DNA from: Candidatus Hydrogenedentota bacterium
Lineage (GTDB): Bacteria > Hydrogenedentota > Hydrogenedentia > Hydrogenedentales > SLHB01
Reading direction: 5' to 3'
Length of the DNA: 28,394 nt
Assembly: GCA_045863335.1 (NCBI GenBank)
Contig: BTVY01000065.1
Coordinates: 1-28,394 of the forward strand
In this document: positions 9,018 through 18,135 of the stretch, in pieces
How the letters are laid out: each line of letters opens with the position of its first letter
Numbering within the stretch: position 1 is the first letter of the stretch
Notes under the pieces: generated by a model
Seen by the model: the letters and a program-made list of their open reading frames with translations, nothing else
Databases searched by the model: none
Told to the model about the DNA's origin: nothing
Position numbers and translations under genes: made by a program

Positions 9018-9371
9018 GTGGTCGACATTCTCACAAAGTCGTGCAACACCAACGTTGATGGTGCCGCTGTCGCGAGTCTGTACCTCTGCCCAGCTAATGG
9101 GCCGCGTCAAAATTCCGATGTCAGGTTCCGCGCCGTCTTCGGCAGGGACCACTCATGTGCTTTCCATGCCTGGCCTGTGCGGTCCGGGGCACGCCTGTGC
9201 ACCAACCCGCACCACGCAACCCCGAGTGTGCTTGCTCCCCGCATCACCTTCTCAACCCCTCCGCGAGCGCACTTGAACCGCGGGCTCCGGTCCCGCACAG
9301 GCCCTCCCCAGTTCCGCCTTGGCAGCTCGGAAACCGGCGCACAGCTCCGGTTGCAAGGAGTAAAGCCGTGA
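9018..9371 (+). CDS. Possible small leader ORF (117 aa) of unknown function at the head of the crt operon
   Basis: GAGG RBS at 9007-9010 before GTG; its stop overlaps the crtB start as GTGA. No recognisable domain, so it may be non-coding leader. Confidence 0.3.
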   Translation: MVDILTKSCNTNVDGAAVASLYLCPANGPRQNSDVRFRAVFGRDHSCAFHAWPVRSGARLCTNPHHATPSVLAPRITFSTPPRAHLNRGLRSRTGPPQFRLGSSETGAQLRLQGVKP

Positions 9372-10372
9372 ACACATCCACTGACAGCAAAGCTTGGCCG
9401 ATGGGGGATTGGGTTCGGCTCGAGACCGGTACGCACAGCCGGGCGATGCGTGCCGCATCGGAAGGCGCGGCGCGAGACGTCATCGCCCGGCAGGCGCGCC
9501 GGGTACTCAAGACGTACAGCACGAGCTTTTTCGCCGTGACGCGCTTCCTGCCTCCGCGCAAACGAACCCAAGTGGAAGCGGTCTACGCGGCGGTACGCTA
9601 TCCGGACGAGATTGTGGATACCTTCCCGCTATCTACCGGCGAGAAGATGGACCTGCTCGCGACGTGGCGAGATGCCTACGCGGTGGGACTGGCTTCATGC
9701 ACCCTTCGCGACGCGCTCGAAGCGGGCGTACCGTGCTTTCTCGCGCACTTCACGCGCGTCGTGCGAGAAACCGGAATACCCGACGCCCATTACGACTCGT
9801 TTCTTACCGCGATGGAAATGGACGTGCAGCCCCGCCCTTTCGAGACGCTCGAGGACCTCATCGACAACTACATTTACGGCAGCGCCATCGTGGTTGGCTA
9901 TTTCCTGACGCACATCTACGGGCCTGCCCGGCCACGGGACTACGACCGGGCCATCGAGTCGGCCCGGAATCTTGGCATCGCCCTGCAACTGACGAACTTC
10001 GTTCGCGACGTGGGCGAAGACCAGCGCCGGGGCCGTCAGTACCTTCCGCTGGATTTTTTGGCCGAAGAGGGCATCAAGAAAGTGGACGCGCGCGATCCGT
10101 ACCAACAGAACGGCTTGCAGAACGTCGTGCGGAAAGTGGCCACGATTGCCAATACGCACTACCTGGCCGCCCAACGGGATCTTGACGCCTTCGCTCCTGA
10201 CTGCCGCACCGCAATCCAGGCTTGCATTGACGTGTACGGTCAGCTTAACGAACGGATTCGTTTCAGCCGGAACGGGTTAAGTCACCGCGAGACCGTTCCA
10301 ATGAGTCAGAAGTTCCGCGTCTTGCCTGCCAGCAAGTACTGGCGTCTTCCGCTCGCGTACATGGGGTGGTAG
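9368..10372 (+). CDS. crtB: Phytoene/squalene synthase family protein (CrtB/CrtM)
   Basis: YSTSF, VYAAVRYPDEIVD, AMEMD, YIYGSAIVVG, LGIALQLTNFVRDVGED, GRQYLP; AAGGAG RBS at 9355-9360 before GTG 9368. Confidence 0.9.
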   Translation: MNTSTDSKAWPMGDWVRLETGTHSRAMRAASEGAARDVIARQARRVLKTYSTSFFAVTRFLPPRKRTQVEAVYAAVRYPDEIVDTFPLSTGEKMDLLATWRDAYAVGLASCTLRDALEAGVPCFLAHFTRVVRETGIPDAHYDSFLTAMEMDVQPRPFETLEDLIDNYIYGSAIVVGYFLTHIYGPARPRDYDRAIESARNLGIALQLTNFVRDVGEDQRRGRQYLPLDFLAEEGIKKVDARDPYQQNGLQNVVRKVATIANTHYLAAQRDLDAFAPDCRTAIQACIDVYGQLNERIRFSRNGLSHRETVPMSQKFRVLPASKYWRLPLAYMGW

Positions 10373-10377
10373 GACCC

Positions 10378-11895
10378 ATGGACACGACATCGACGCTCGC
10401 GGGGAGCGCCACCCGTGTGGCTATCGTAGGCGCCGGCCTGGGCGGTTTGAGCGCGGCCATCCATTTGCGCGCGGCGGGATATGACGTCGACGTGTACGAA
10501 GCAAATGACCGCGTCGGAGGCCGGGCCAACGTGATCGAGGCGGACGGGTTCCGGTTCGATACGGGTCCGTCCCTTCTGAACTATCCCTGGGTGTTTCGTG
10601 AGTTGTTCGAAGCGGCAGGACGTAAACTCGAGGACTATGTGACCCTGCTGCCGGTGGAGCCGTCGGTCAGTTTTCAGTGGCCGGACGGCACTCACTTCAC
10701 CTTGTCGAGCAACTTGGAGAAGCTCCTCGCCGAGTGCGCCCGGTTGGAGCCTGGGGCGAGCCCCCGCGTGCTCGCGTATTTGCGCGACGCCGCTGCCAAG
10801 TATGACATGGCCTTCGAGTCACTGGTCACGCGGAACGAAGACAACCCGCTTAAATGGGTCGGGGCGCTTTCACCGCGACAGATGGCGAAGCTCGGCGTCT
10901 GGCGCTCGCTCTACAGCGAACTGGGGCGGTTCTTCAAGAGCCGCTACATCAAGGAAGCCTTGGGCTCCTACGGCATGTATCTCGGCGGATCGCCTCACGA
11001 ACTGCCCGGTTTCTTCTCCATACTGCCTTACGGCGAATTGGCCTACGGACTCTGGCTGCCCAAAGGCGGCATCTACGGATTGGTCAGCGGCATTGAACGG
11101 CTCGCCCGGGACATTGGAGTCCGGATTCATACCGGGCGGCGTGTGACCAAGATCCGTATGGAACACTTCGGTGTGAAGGGATTGGAATTCGCCGACGGCG
11201 ACCGGATCGACGCGTCTATCGTTGTCTCGAATGTAGACGTACCCACGACGGACACCCAGTTGCTGGACGCAAACGGGCTGTCGGATCCGCTGCGCCGCAA
11301 GTCCACTCGGACGCGCATGACTTGCGGGGTGCTTACCTTCTACTGGGGCATTCGCGGCAAGGTCGGGAACATGCGCCACCACACGATCTACCTGCCCGAC
11401 GACTATCGCGGCGCCTTCGACGATCTCATGCACAACCATCGCATCCCACGTGGATTGCCCTTCTATGTAAGCGTCCCCTCGGAAACCGATCCAGGCCTCG
11501 CGCCCGACGGTGATACCGCCATGTTCGTGCTGGTGCCGACGCCCTTGCTAAGCGAAATGCCGGACTGCGATTGGCGTGCGGAGGCCCAGGAAGTGAAGAT
11601 GCGTGTATTGACGCGTATGGCGCAGCACTGCGTCTCGTTGGATCCGGGCCGTATCGCGTTTGAGGCGATTTACACGCCCGAAGATTGGCGCGACCGGTTC
11701 GGGCTCTACGACGGGTCGGCCTTCGGTGCCGCGCACAACCTTTTCCAGGTGGGACCGTTTCGCGCGAAAAACTATCTCGAATCCGTGAAAGGGATGTACT
11801 ATGTAGGGGCAAGCACCACTCCGGGTACCGGCATGCCCATGGTCGTCCTCGGCGGCCGCCTTACGGCGGAAAGGATTCAGGCCCATGCATATTGA
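10378..11895 (+). CDS. crtI: Phytoene desaturase family protein (CrtI/CrtN)
   Basis: GAGLGGL FAD motif, GFRFDTGPS, PKGGIYG, HHTIYLP, TPEDW, GSAFG, YYVGASTTPGTGMPMV. Confidence 0.9.
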   Translation: MDTTSTLAGSATRVAIVGAGLGGLSAAIHLRAAGYDVDVYEANDRVGGRANVIEADGFRFDTGPSLLNYPWVFRELFEAAGRKLEDYVTLLPVEPSVSFQWPDGTHFTLSSNLEKLLAECARLEPGASPRVLAYLRDAAAKYDMAFESLVTRNEDNPLKWVGALSPRQMAKLGVWRSLYSELGRFFKSRYIKEALGSYGMYLGGSPHELPGFFSILPYGELAYGLWLPKGGIYGLVSGIERLARDIGVRIHTGRRVTKIRMEHFGVKGLEFADGDRIDASIVVSNVDVPTTDTQLLDANGLSDPLRRKSTRTRMTCGVLTFYWGIRGKVGNMRHHTIYLPDDYRGAFDDLMHNHRIPRGLPFYVSVPSETDPGLAPDGDTAMFVLVPTPLLSEMPDCDWRAEAQEVKMRVLTRMAQHCVSLDPGRIAFEAIYTPEDWRDRFGLYDGSAFGAAHNLFQVGPFRAKNYLESVKGMYYVGASTTPGTGMPMVVLGGRLTAERIQAHAY

Positions 11896-12691
11896 ACCAT
11901 ACGGCACCGGCAGCACGGCCTATCTCGCCATCCACGGTTGGGCCGGAAATCACCGGACTTTCCGCCACCTCGCACCTCATCTCCCTGCCGACGCCGCGCT
12001 CTACAGCGTCGACTTACCCGGCTACGGGTTGTCCCTGAGGCCGGTGGCGTGGACCCTGGATTCCATTGCCGACGCGTTGGTGGACACCATTGACCTAGTC
12101 TCCCGGAATCCCGTGACGCTTATTGGGTATTGCGGTGGCGGAAACCTTGCCATGATGGCGGCGCAACGAGCGCCGGAACGCGTCGCGCGGCTCGTGCTGA
12201 TCGACCCCTTCGCATACATGCCGCTGTACTTCAAGGTCTTCACGTGGGGCGCATTCGGACGCCGCGCGTATACGAGCACCTTCGCGAATCCCCTGGGCCG
12301 GTATTTTACGAACGCGGCGCTGCGCGGAAAACGAACAGCAGACTCCAATCTCACCCAATCCTTTGAATCTGTGGACCATGAATTCGTGCTGGAAGTCCTG
12401 CGGGCGTTCCGGGCCGTGCCCCATTGGGACCGCTTTTCGGATCTCACCATTCCCGTCGATCTCGCGTATGGCGACCGATCCTTTGCGGCGATCAAGAAGT
12501 CCGTCGCAATCTGGAAGGCGGTATGGCCTCACGCGCAAGTTCACCCTCTGGCTGGCGCGGGACACAATCCGCTCATCGAGGCGGCCGAGCAGGTTGCCGC
12601 CATTGCCTTTGGAATACCGGCAACTCATGGGAGCAAGACGTTGGCCGATACGCCGCGCGACGCCGTCGCCCGGCGCGCGCTTTCACTCTAG
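11885..12691 (+). CDS. Alpha/beta-hydrolase fold protein with Cys at the nucleophile elbow
   Basis: HGWAG, VDLPGYGLS, GYCGG, RVARLVLIDP, GAGHN; overlaps the end of crtI by 11 nt. Confidence 0.85.
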   Translation: MHIEPYGTGSTAYLAIHGWAGNHRTFRHLAPHLPADAALYSVDLPGYGLSLRPVAWTLDSIADALVDTIDLVSRNPVTLIGYCGGGNLAMMAAQRAPERVARLVLIDPFAYMPLYFKVFTWGAFGRRAYTSTFANPLGRYFTNAALRGKRTADSNLTQSFESVDHEFVLEVLRAFRAVPHWDRFSDLTIPVDLAYGDRSFAAIKKSVAIWKAVWPHAQVHPLAGAGHNPLIEAAEQVAAIAFGIPATHGSKTLADTPRDAVARRALSL

Positions 12692-12715
12692 TCCGAGCTA
12701 CGGAGAGGGACCATC

Positions 12716-13837
12716 GTGCTGATAGCCGGATATATCCTCTGCGTCATCACCTTCGGCGTGCTGCTGCTGGTCGCGTGGAACGTCATTGCATGGCCTTCGC
12801 CAGGCTCCCCGTCCATGAATGCGGCGCCGCGCGTGTCTGTCCTCATTCCCGCGCGCAACGAGGCCGCCTCGCTTGGCGCGTGCCTGGACTCGGTCCTGGG
12901 TCAGGGTACGCCGGTCGCCGAGGTGCTCGTGTACGACGATCACTCGACGGACGATACCGCCGCTATTGTTACCCGGTATCAGGCGATGGACGCCCGGATA
13001 CGGCTGCTTGAGCCCCACGCATTGCCGTCAGGCTGGTGCGGCAAGAATTTCGCCTGCGCGCGCCTGGCCGCGGCGGCGCGCTCGGAGTGGCTGCTCTTCC
13101 TCGATGCGGACGCGGTCCTTCAGTCCGGTGCGGTTGCGCGCATGCAGAGAGAAACCGAAACCCGTGCGGTAACGCTGGTTTCCTGCTGGCCGGGATTCGT
13201 CATGGCGGGATTCTGGGAACAGCTCCTCATGCCCATGTTGAACTTTCTCGTCTTTACGATATTCCCCGCGCCGCTTTCGCTGAAGCGATGGGAGGCTTCT
13301 CTCGGTCTTGCGCATGGCGCGTGCATCTTTGTCCATCGCAGTGCCTACGTGCGCGTCGGCGGTCATGAAGCGGTGCGCGCGGAGATCTTCGAAGACACGC
13401 GTATTGCCCGGGTCTGGCGCGAACGGGGAGAGCGGGGCGTGTGCCTGGACGGGCAGGACGTCGTGCAGGTCCGCATGTACGATTCCTTGCGCGGGATTTG
13501 GCGAGGCTTTCGCAAGAATTTTTACCCGGCCTTCCGGCACGGGTTTACCTTCTGGCTGTTTCTGGGCTTTCACGCCTTCGTCTTCTTGCTGCCCTTTGCG
13601 GCGCTGCCGATGATGGCGGCCGGCGTTCCCGGCAGCGGCGTGTTTGCGGCCGCGGCACTGTGTATTCTCGCCGCGCGCGCACTTCTGGCACTGCGGTTCC
13701 GCCACCCCTTCTGGTCTGTACTCGGTCATCCTGTCGCGCAGATCGTGCTCATCGCGTTGGGAGTAGCCTCGTGGTGGCGGTGCACGACGGGACGGGGTGT
13801 CGATTGGAAGGGCCGGCTGTACCGCGCCCGTAACTGA
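12716..13837 (+). CDS. Membrane GT2 glycosyltransferase, carotenoid glycosyltransferase-like (CruC/CruG/CrtQ type)
   Basis: VSVLIPARNE, DDHSTD, GWCGKNFAC, LFLDAD, GGHEAV..EIFED, RMY, C-terminal TM helices and WKGR. Confidence 0.88.
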   Translation: MLIAGYILCVITFGVLLLVAWNVIAWPSPGSPSMNAAPRVSVLIPARNEAASLGACLDSVLGQGTPVAEVLVYDDHSTDDTAAIVTRYQAMDARIRLLEPHALPSGWCGKNFACARLAAAARSEWLLFLDADAVLQSGAVARMQRETETRAVTLVSCWPGFVMAGFWEQLLMPMLNFLVFTIFPAPLSLKRWEASLGLAHGACIFVHRSAYVRVGGHEAVRAEIFEDTRIARVWRERGERGVCLDGQDVVQVRMYDSLRGIWRGFRKNFYPAFRHGFTFWLFLGFHAFVFLLPFAALPMMAAGVPGSGVFAAAALCILAARALLALRFRHPFWSVLGHPVAQIVLIALGVASWWRCTTGRGVDWKGRLYRARN

Positions 13838-15339
13838 TGCGCGCGGGAACGGTTCCATATTCAATGAAGACGAAACACTGTGCAGCAATCATAGGGGGCG
13901 GTCTCGGAGGGCTTGCGACGGCGATCCGCCTGGCGTCGCGCGGGTGGAGCGTTACCCTGTGTGAACAGGGACAGACCCTGGGCGGCAAGATGAACCGGTT
14001 TCACTCAGAAGGGTTCACCTTCGACACGGGGCCTTCACTGATTACCATGCCGTGGGTGTTTGAAGCGCTGTTTGAGACAGCCGGAAAGCGGCTCGCCGAT
14101 CATCTCGAACTCGATGCCATGCGACCGCTGGCACGCTACCACTACGACGATGGAACGCGATTCACGTATTCGAGTTCCATGCCCGAATGGTTGGAGACCC
14201 TGCGATCGCTGGACCGTCGCGACGTGGACGGGTTCCTCGGGTTTCTGCGGCTGGGCGCGCGGCTCTTCGAACTCTCGAACGCGACGTTTCTGCGGCGGCC
14301 GCCTTCAGCCCCGCCGGATCGAGAAGTCCTGCGATCGCTGCGCCACTTTCCCTTGCGTCACGCCTGGGGGAACTACCACAAGGCCGTGGCCGCACATTTC
14401 CACAGTCCGCACCTGCGGCAGCTCTACGACCGGTACCCGACCTACGTCGGTTCGTCGCCCTACGAAAGTCCCGCAACGCTTCTGGTGATCCCGTACATCG
14501 AGTACGTCTTCGGTGGGTGGTATGTGAAAGGCGGTCTCTACCGCATCGTGGAGTGCCTCACCCGGATCGCGGAGGAACTCGAGGTAAGCATTCGCACGGA
14601 CACCCGTGTTGAACGCATTACATACCGCAACGGACGGGTGACCGGCGTCGAGACCACAGGGGGCGAGTCTATCGAAGCGGACGTGGTCGTCATGAATGGC
14701 GACGCGTCCATGACGTCCCAACTGCTTGGGAACGCGCCGGAATCGACGATGGCTCGCGGCGACCGCTCCATGTCGGGGCTCGTGTTCCTGCTCGGCGTGC
14801 GCCGCTCATTGCCGGAGTTGCATCATCACAGCGTCTATTTCTCGGCGAACTACGAACGGGAGTTTCAACAGTTGTTCGGGGAGCGGCGCTTTCCCGATGA
14901 CCCGACCGTCTACGTGAGCGCGCCCAGCCGCAGCGACCGCACGCTGGCGCCCGGTGACGGCGAAGCGCTTTTCGTGATGGCCAACGCGCCCGCAAACGAC
15001 AACGAACCGTGGGACGACAATCAGATTGCCGAAGCGCGCCGCCGCGTATTTGCCCGGCTGACCAAGGGCGGATTTCCTGTTACCGATACCGACATCGCGG
15101 TCGAACAGGTGTGGACGCCGCGCACCCTCGCCCAGCGCTATCTCATGCCCGGCGGCGCAATCTATGGCACGCATTCGCATGGCTGGAAGAAAGCGTTTCT
15201 GCGTTCTCCAAACAAGGATCGCCAGCTTGGCGGTTTGTACTATGTCGGCGGCAGCACCCATCCCGGTGGCGGCACACCTACGGTGTTGCTCTCCGCCGCG
15301 ATAACGAGTGAGTTGATCCGGAAGCACGAGCATGCGTAA
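13837..15339 (+). CDS. Second CrtI-family flavoprotein: CrtD-like hydroxycarotenoid 3,4-desaturase or CrtP/CrtNb-like oxidase
   Basis: GGGLGGL, GFTFDTGPSLITMP, RYPTYVGSSPY, DDPTVYV, GGAIYG, GGSTHPGGGTP; TGATG overlap with the GT2 gene (alternative ATG at 13864). Confidence 0.85.
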   Translation: MRAGTVPYSMKTKHCAAIIGGGLGGLATAIRLASRGWSVTLCEQGQTLGGKMNRFHSEGFTFDTGPSLITMPWVFEALFETAGKRLADHLELDAMRPLARYHYDDGTRFTYSSSMPEWLETLRSLDRRDVDGFLGFLRLGARLFELSNATFLRRPPSAPPDREVLRSLRHFPLRHAWGNYHKAVAAHFHSPHLRQLYDRYPTYVGSSPYESPATLLVIPYIEYVFGGWYVKGGLYRIVECLTRIAEELEVSIRTDTRVERITYRNGRVTGVETTGGESIEADVVVMNGDASMTSQLLGNAPESTMARGDRSMSGLVFLLGVRRSLPELHHHSVYFSANYEREFQQLFGERRFPDDPTVYVSAPSRSDRTLAPGDGEALFVMANAPANDNEPWDDNQIAEARRRVFARLTKGGFPVTDTDIAVEQVWTPRTLAQRYLMPGGAIYGTHSHGWKKAFLRSPNKDRQLGGLYYVGGSTHPGGGTPTVLLSAAITSELIRKHEHA

Positions 15340-16090
15340 GTCGCTCTCGATAGTCCTGGCGTTTGCCTACGGGTTTTTCTGGCTCGGCGGCGTCGGCGCC
15401 TACTGGATCTTCGGCGGGCCGCCCGACCATGTGTCGTGGACGGCGCCATTTTTTCTGGGGTTGGCGGGAGTGCTCGTTCTGGCGGGAAGCGCCGCGCGCG
15501 ACTGGCCCCGCATGGCCGCGTGTGCCGGCGTCGGATTCGTCGCCGAAATTCTCGGCGTGCATACGAACTTCCCCTTCGGTGCGTACGCCTACACCCAAGT
15601 GCTGCGGCCTCATCTGTTCAGCGTGCCGCTTGTCATGATCGCCGCATGGCTCGTATTGCTCGCCTACATCATGGAGATGCTCCGCGAATACCGGTTGACG
15701 CCGGCCGTCCGCGTCGTCGTAGCGTCGATCTGGATGACTTCCATCGATTTCATTATCGATCCCCTCGCGGCGGGCCCCCTCGAATATTGGACCTGGGTTC
15801 ATCCGGGTTGGTACTACGGCATCCCCGCGACCAACTTCCTCGGCTGGCTGATCGTATCCGCCGTGGCGTTCACGGTTGCAGGCCCCGCGTGGCAACCCAA
15901 CCCCGGCGCGCGCTGGACCGGTCTCAGCGTGATCGGCTTCTTCGTCTGCATCGCCGTCGCAAAGGGACTTCTGCTCGCCGCGCTCGTCGGGGTTGCCCTC
16001 TGCGCCATTCACGCTGCCGTCCGCGTTCGGCAGGCAAACCGCGACCGTGGGGCCCTGGTAAGCGCTGTCACCGGACCCGATCAGGCGTGA
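15332..16090 (+). CDS. cruF: Carotenoid biosynthesis membrane protein, CruF-type 1,2-hydratase (DUF422)
   Basis: AEILGVHTNFPFGAYAY, VPL...AW, DFIIDP, YWTW, YYGIPATNFLGW; multiple TM helices; 8-nt overlap with the upstream gene. Confidence 0.85.
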   Translation: MRKSLSIVLAFAYGFFWLGGVGAYWIFGGPPDHVSWTAPFFLGLAGVLVLAGSAARDWPRMAACAGVGFVAEILGVHTNFPFGAYAYTQVLRPHLFSVPLVMIAAWLVLLAYIMEMLREYRLTPAVRVVVASIWMTSIDFIIDPLAAGPLEYWTWVHPGWYYGIPATNFLGWLIVSAVAFTVAGPAWQPNPGARWTGLSVIGFFVCIAVAKGLLLAALVGVALCAIHAAVRVRQANRDRGALVSAVTGPDQA

Positions 16091-16111
16091 AGATCTGCCT
16101 TTTGTACGCCG

Positions 16112-17506
16112 TCAATCCTCCGGGCGTTCTCCGGCGGGGGCCATCTTGACGAGGCGCGGGTGGAACCGCGCGAGGATGTCGACGAGGTCGCTCTGGGCGG
16201 ACATGACGTCGTTGATGTTCTTGTAGACCATGGGCACTTCGTCGAGCCCGGCGGACAGGAGCGTCACGCGGGATTTCTTCAGCCACGCTTTGGCTTCTTC
16301 CCAGGAGAGCGTCTTATGGGCCTGCTTGCGGCTCATGACGCGGCCCGCGCCGTGGGCCGCCGAATTGAGGGAGTCTTCGTTGCCGCGGCCGCGCACGACG
16401 AAGCCGGGCGTCGCCATGGAACCGGGAATGATCCCGATGACGCCTTCGCCCGCGGGCGTCGCGCCCTTGCGATGGACGACGACTTCTTCGCCGTCGTGCT
16501 GTTCTTTCCACGCGAAGTTGTGATGGTTCTCGATGTCGAGCAGCACCCGCACGCCGAAATGCTTTGCGATTTCGCGATGGATGCACGCGTGGTTCGCCGC
16601 CGCGTATTTGCCCATCAATTCCATGGCGGCCCAGTACTCCTGCCCCTCGTGGGTGTCGAGCCCGAGCCAGCCGAGGTGTTGCATGGGACGCGGCAGTTCC
16701 TTGTGACGGCCCATGGCGAGTTTGCTGTAGTGATCGCAGACGGACGCGCCCGTCCCCCGGCTGCCGCTGTGACTGAGCAGCGCGAGGTAACGACCGGGTT
16801 CGAGCGGCAAACCTTCTTCAACAATCTCCAACTCGCCGAACTCGACGAAATGGTTGCCGCTTCCGCTGGTGCCGAGCTGGCTCCAGGCCTTGTCCTTGTT
16901 GCGCTGCGTGATGGGCGAGACACTCCAGTCTTCGTCCATCACCGGGTGCCGGCGCTTGTTCGTGAACTTGGCGCCGATACCGAAACGCGTCTCCTCCTGG
17001 ATTGCCTTCTTAAGCCGATCCGGTTCGGTGTCGAGCGTCTTCAACGGCAGATCGAGGACAGTCATCTTCATGCGGCACGCAATGTCGACGCCCACGGCAT
17101 ATGGGATCACCGCGCCCTTCGTGGCGAGCACGCCCCCGATAGGCAAACCGTAGCCCACGTGCGCGTCCGGCATGAGCGCGCCGCGCACCGCCACGGGCAA
17201 CGCGCAGGCGTTTTCCATTTGCTCGATGGAATTTCGATCGAGATCCTGGCCCCACTGCTTCCACGGCGCGGGGCCGCCATCGCGCGTCGTGGGCGGCGCT
17301 TCCGGACGCCCAAACAGGCTCCGCGCAAGGTCGCCGAAGATCTGGTCCTGGTGGTAGGCACCCGGTTCCGCCACGACCGATTCCAGTGCCGCGCGGATAT
17401 CGTTCTTCTGCATGCCCGCGTCAGCGGCGTTGCGCGCGGCTTCTTTTGCCAGCGCAACCGCCTCGCCGCGCGGGATGCCAAGCTGAATGAGATCGCGTGT
17501 CTTCAT
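16112..17506 (-). CDS. rtcB: RNA ligase RtcB family protein
   Basis: MPDAHVGYGLPIGG, VGVDIAC, GSGNHFVE, HSGSRG, HHNFAW, HRKGAT, PGSM, HGAGR; GGGAG RBS. Confidence 0.95.
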   Translation of the reverse strand: MKTRDLIQLGIPRGEAVALAKEAARNAADAGMQKNDIRAALESVVAEPGAYHQDQIFGDLARSLFGRPEAPPTTRDGGPAPWKQWGQDLDRNSIEQMENACALPVAVRGALMPDAHVGYGLPIGGVLATKGAVIPYAVGVDIACRMKMTVLDLPLKTLDTEPDRLKKAIQEETRFGIGAKFTNKRRHPVMDEDWSVSPITQRNKDKAWSQLGTSGSGNHFVEFGELEIVEEGLPLEPGRYLALLSHSGSRGTGASVCDHYSKLAMGRHKELPRPMQHLGWLGLDTHEGQEYWAAMELMGKYAAANHACIHREIAKHFGVRVLLDIENHHNFAWKEQHDGEEVVVHRKGATPAGEGVIGIIPGSMATPGFVVRGRGNEDSLNSAAHGAGRVMSRKQAHKTLSWEEAKAWLKKSRVTLLSAGLDEVPMVYKNINDVMSAQSDLVDILARFHPRLVKMAPAGERPED

Positions 17507-17524
17507 GGAGATGAACTCCCGAGG

Positions 17525-17618
17525 GAAAAATGGGAACCTGTACCTTCTTTTTCTTGCTCGGCGCCTGGGTCACTTGCTCCGCGCATCAACAAGAAAAAGG
17601 TGACTTTCCCACAATTTC
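17525..17618. repeat. Pair of related short REP-like units
   Basis: GAAAAATGGGAACCTGTACCTTCTTTTTC (17525-17553) and GAAAAAGGTGACTTTCCCACAATTTC (17593-17618), each bounded by GAAA...TTTC. Confidence 0.4.
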
Positions 17619-17619
17619 T

Positions 17620-17860
17620 TTCCGCAATCGTAAACCGCACATCGAGGACCTGCTCGATAACGTCAATGTTTCTATGCGAGCGGCTGGATGGTGCTAGCGA
17701 AGCAATCGCAGAGCGGCCGGCCAGTCTCGTTGAGATCAACAACTGGCCGTCGGCGTGTTCTTCCAAGGGCATACTGAAATCGAGGTACGCGCGCGCCACC
17801 TGTTCCCTCGTTGTGTCAACTGTCAATTGCACGGAGGCATTTCGCGGTAATCCGGCGTAT
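17620..17860 (-). pseudogene. rtcA: Degenerate C-terminal fragment of RNA 3'-terminal phosphate cyclase
   Basis: ARAYLDFSMPLEEHADGQLLISTRLAG...SSRSHRNIDVIEQVLDVRFTI resembles the RtcA C-terminus (YL...VGEYLADQLVLPMALAG...HLLTNIAVVERFLPVRF). In-frame stop just upstream; directly upstream of rtcB on the same strand. Confidence 0.7.
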
Positions 17861-18135
17861 TATTGGACACTCAATCTGCGTACCAATACCAGAGCCTGTC
17901 CGTTGTGGAATGCGCAGGCAGATTTCCGCCGTCACTCGAACCGTCTCGCCATGACGACGGAGTCACGCCACACCAGGATCTACGAATCAAACCATACTGT
18001 CTAAACCGATACTCAAATTGCACTGGAACCGTAAGCGTTTCAGTTCGCGATCGGCCGCACACGCCAGGATCGTGAGTTCGAAGAACGGCGAGAACAAGCC
18101 CACGCACTCCACAGCAAACCTTACAAATTCCTACT

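Noticed and set aside
9155-9367. Cys-rich N-terminal extension of CrtB in the ORF track
   Set aside because: A strong AAGGAG RBS supports GTG 9368; the extension lacks an RBS and homology.
16160-18004. 614-aa plus-strand ORF opposite rtcB
   Set aside because: Antisense shadow of rtcB; no recognisable domain.
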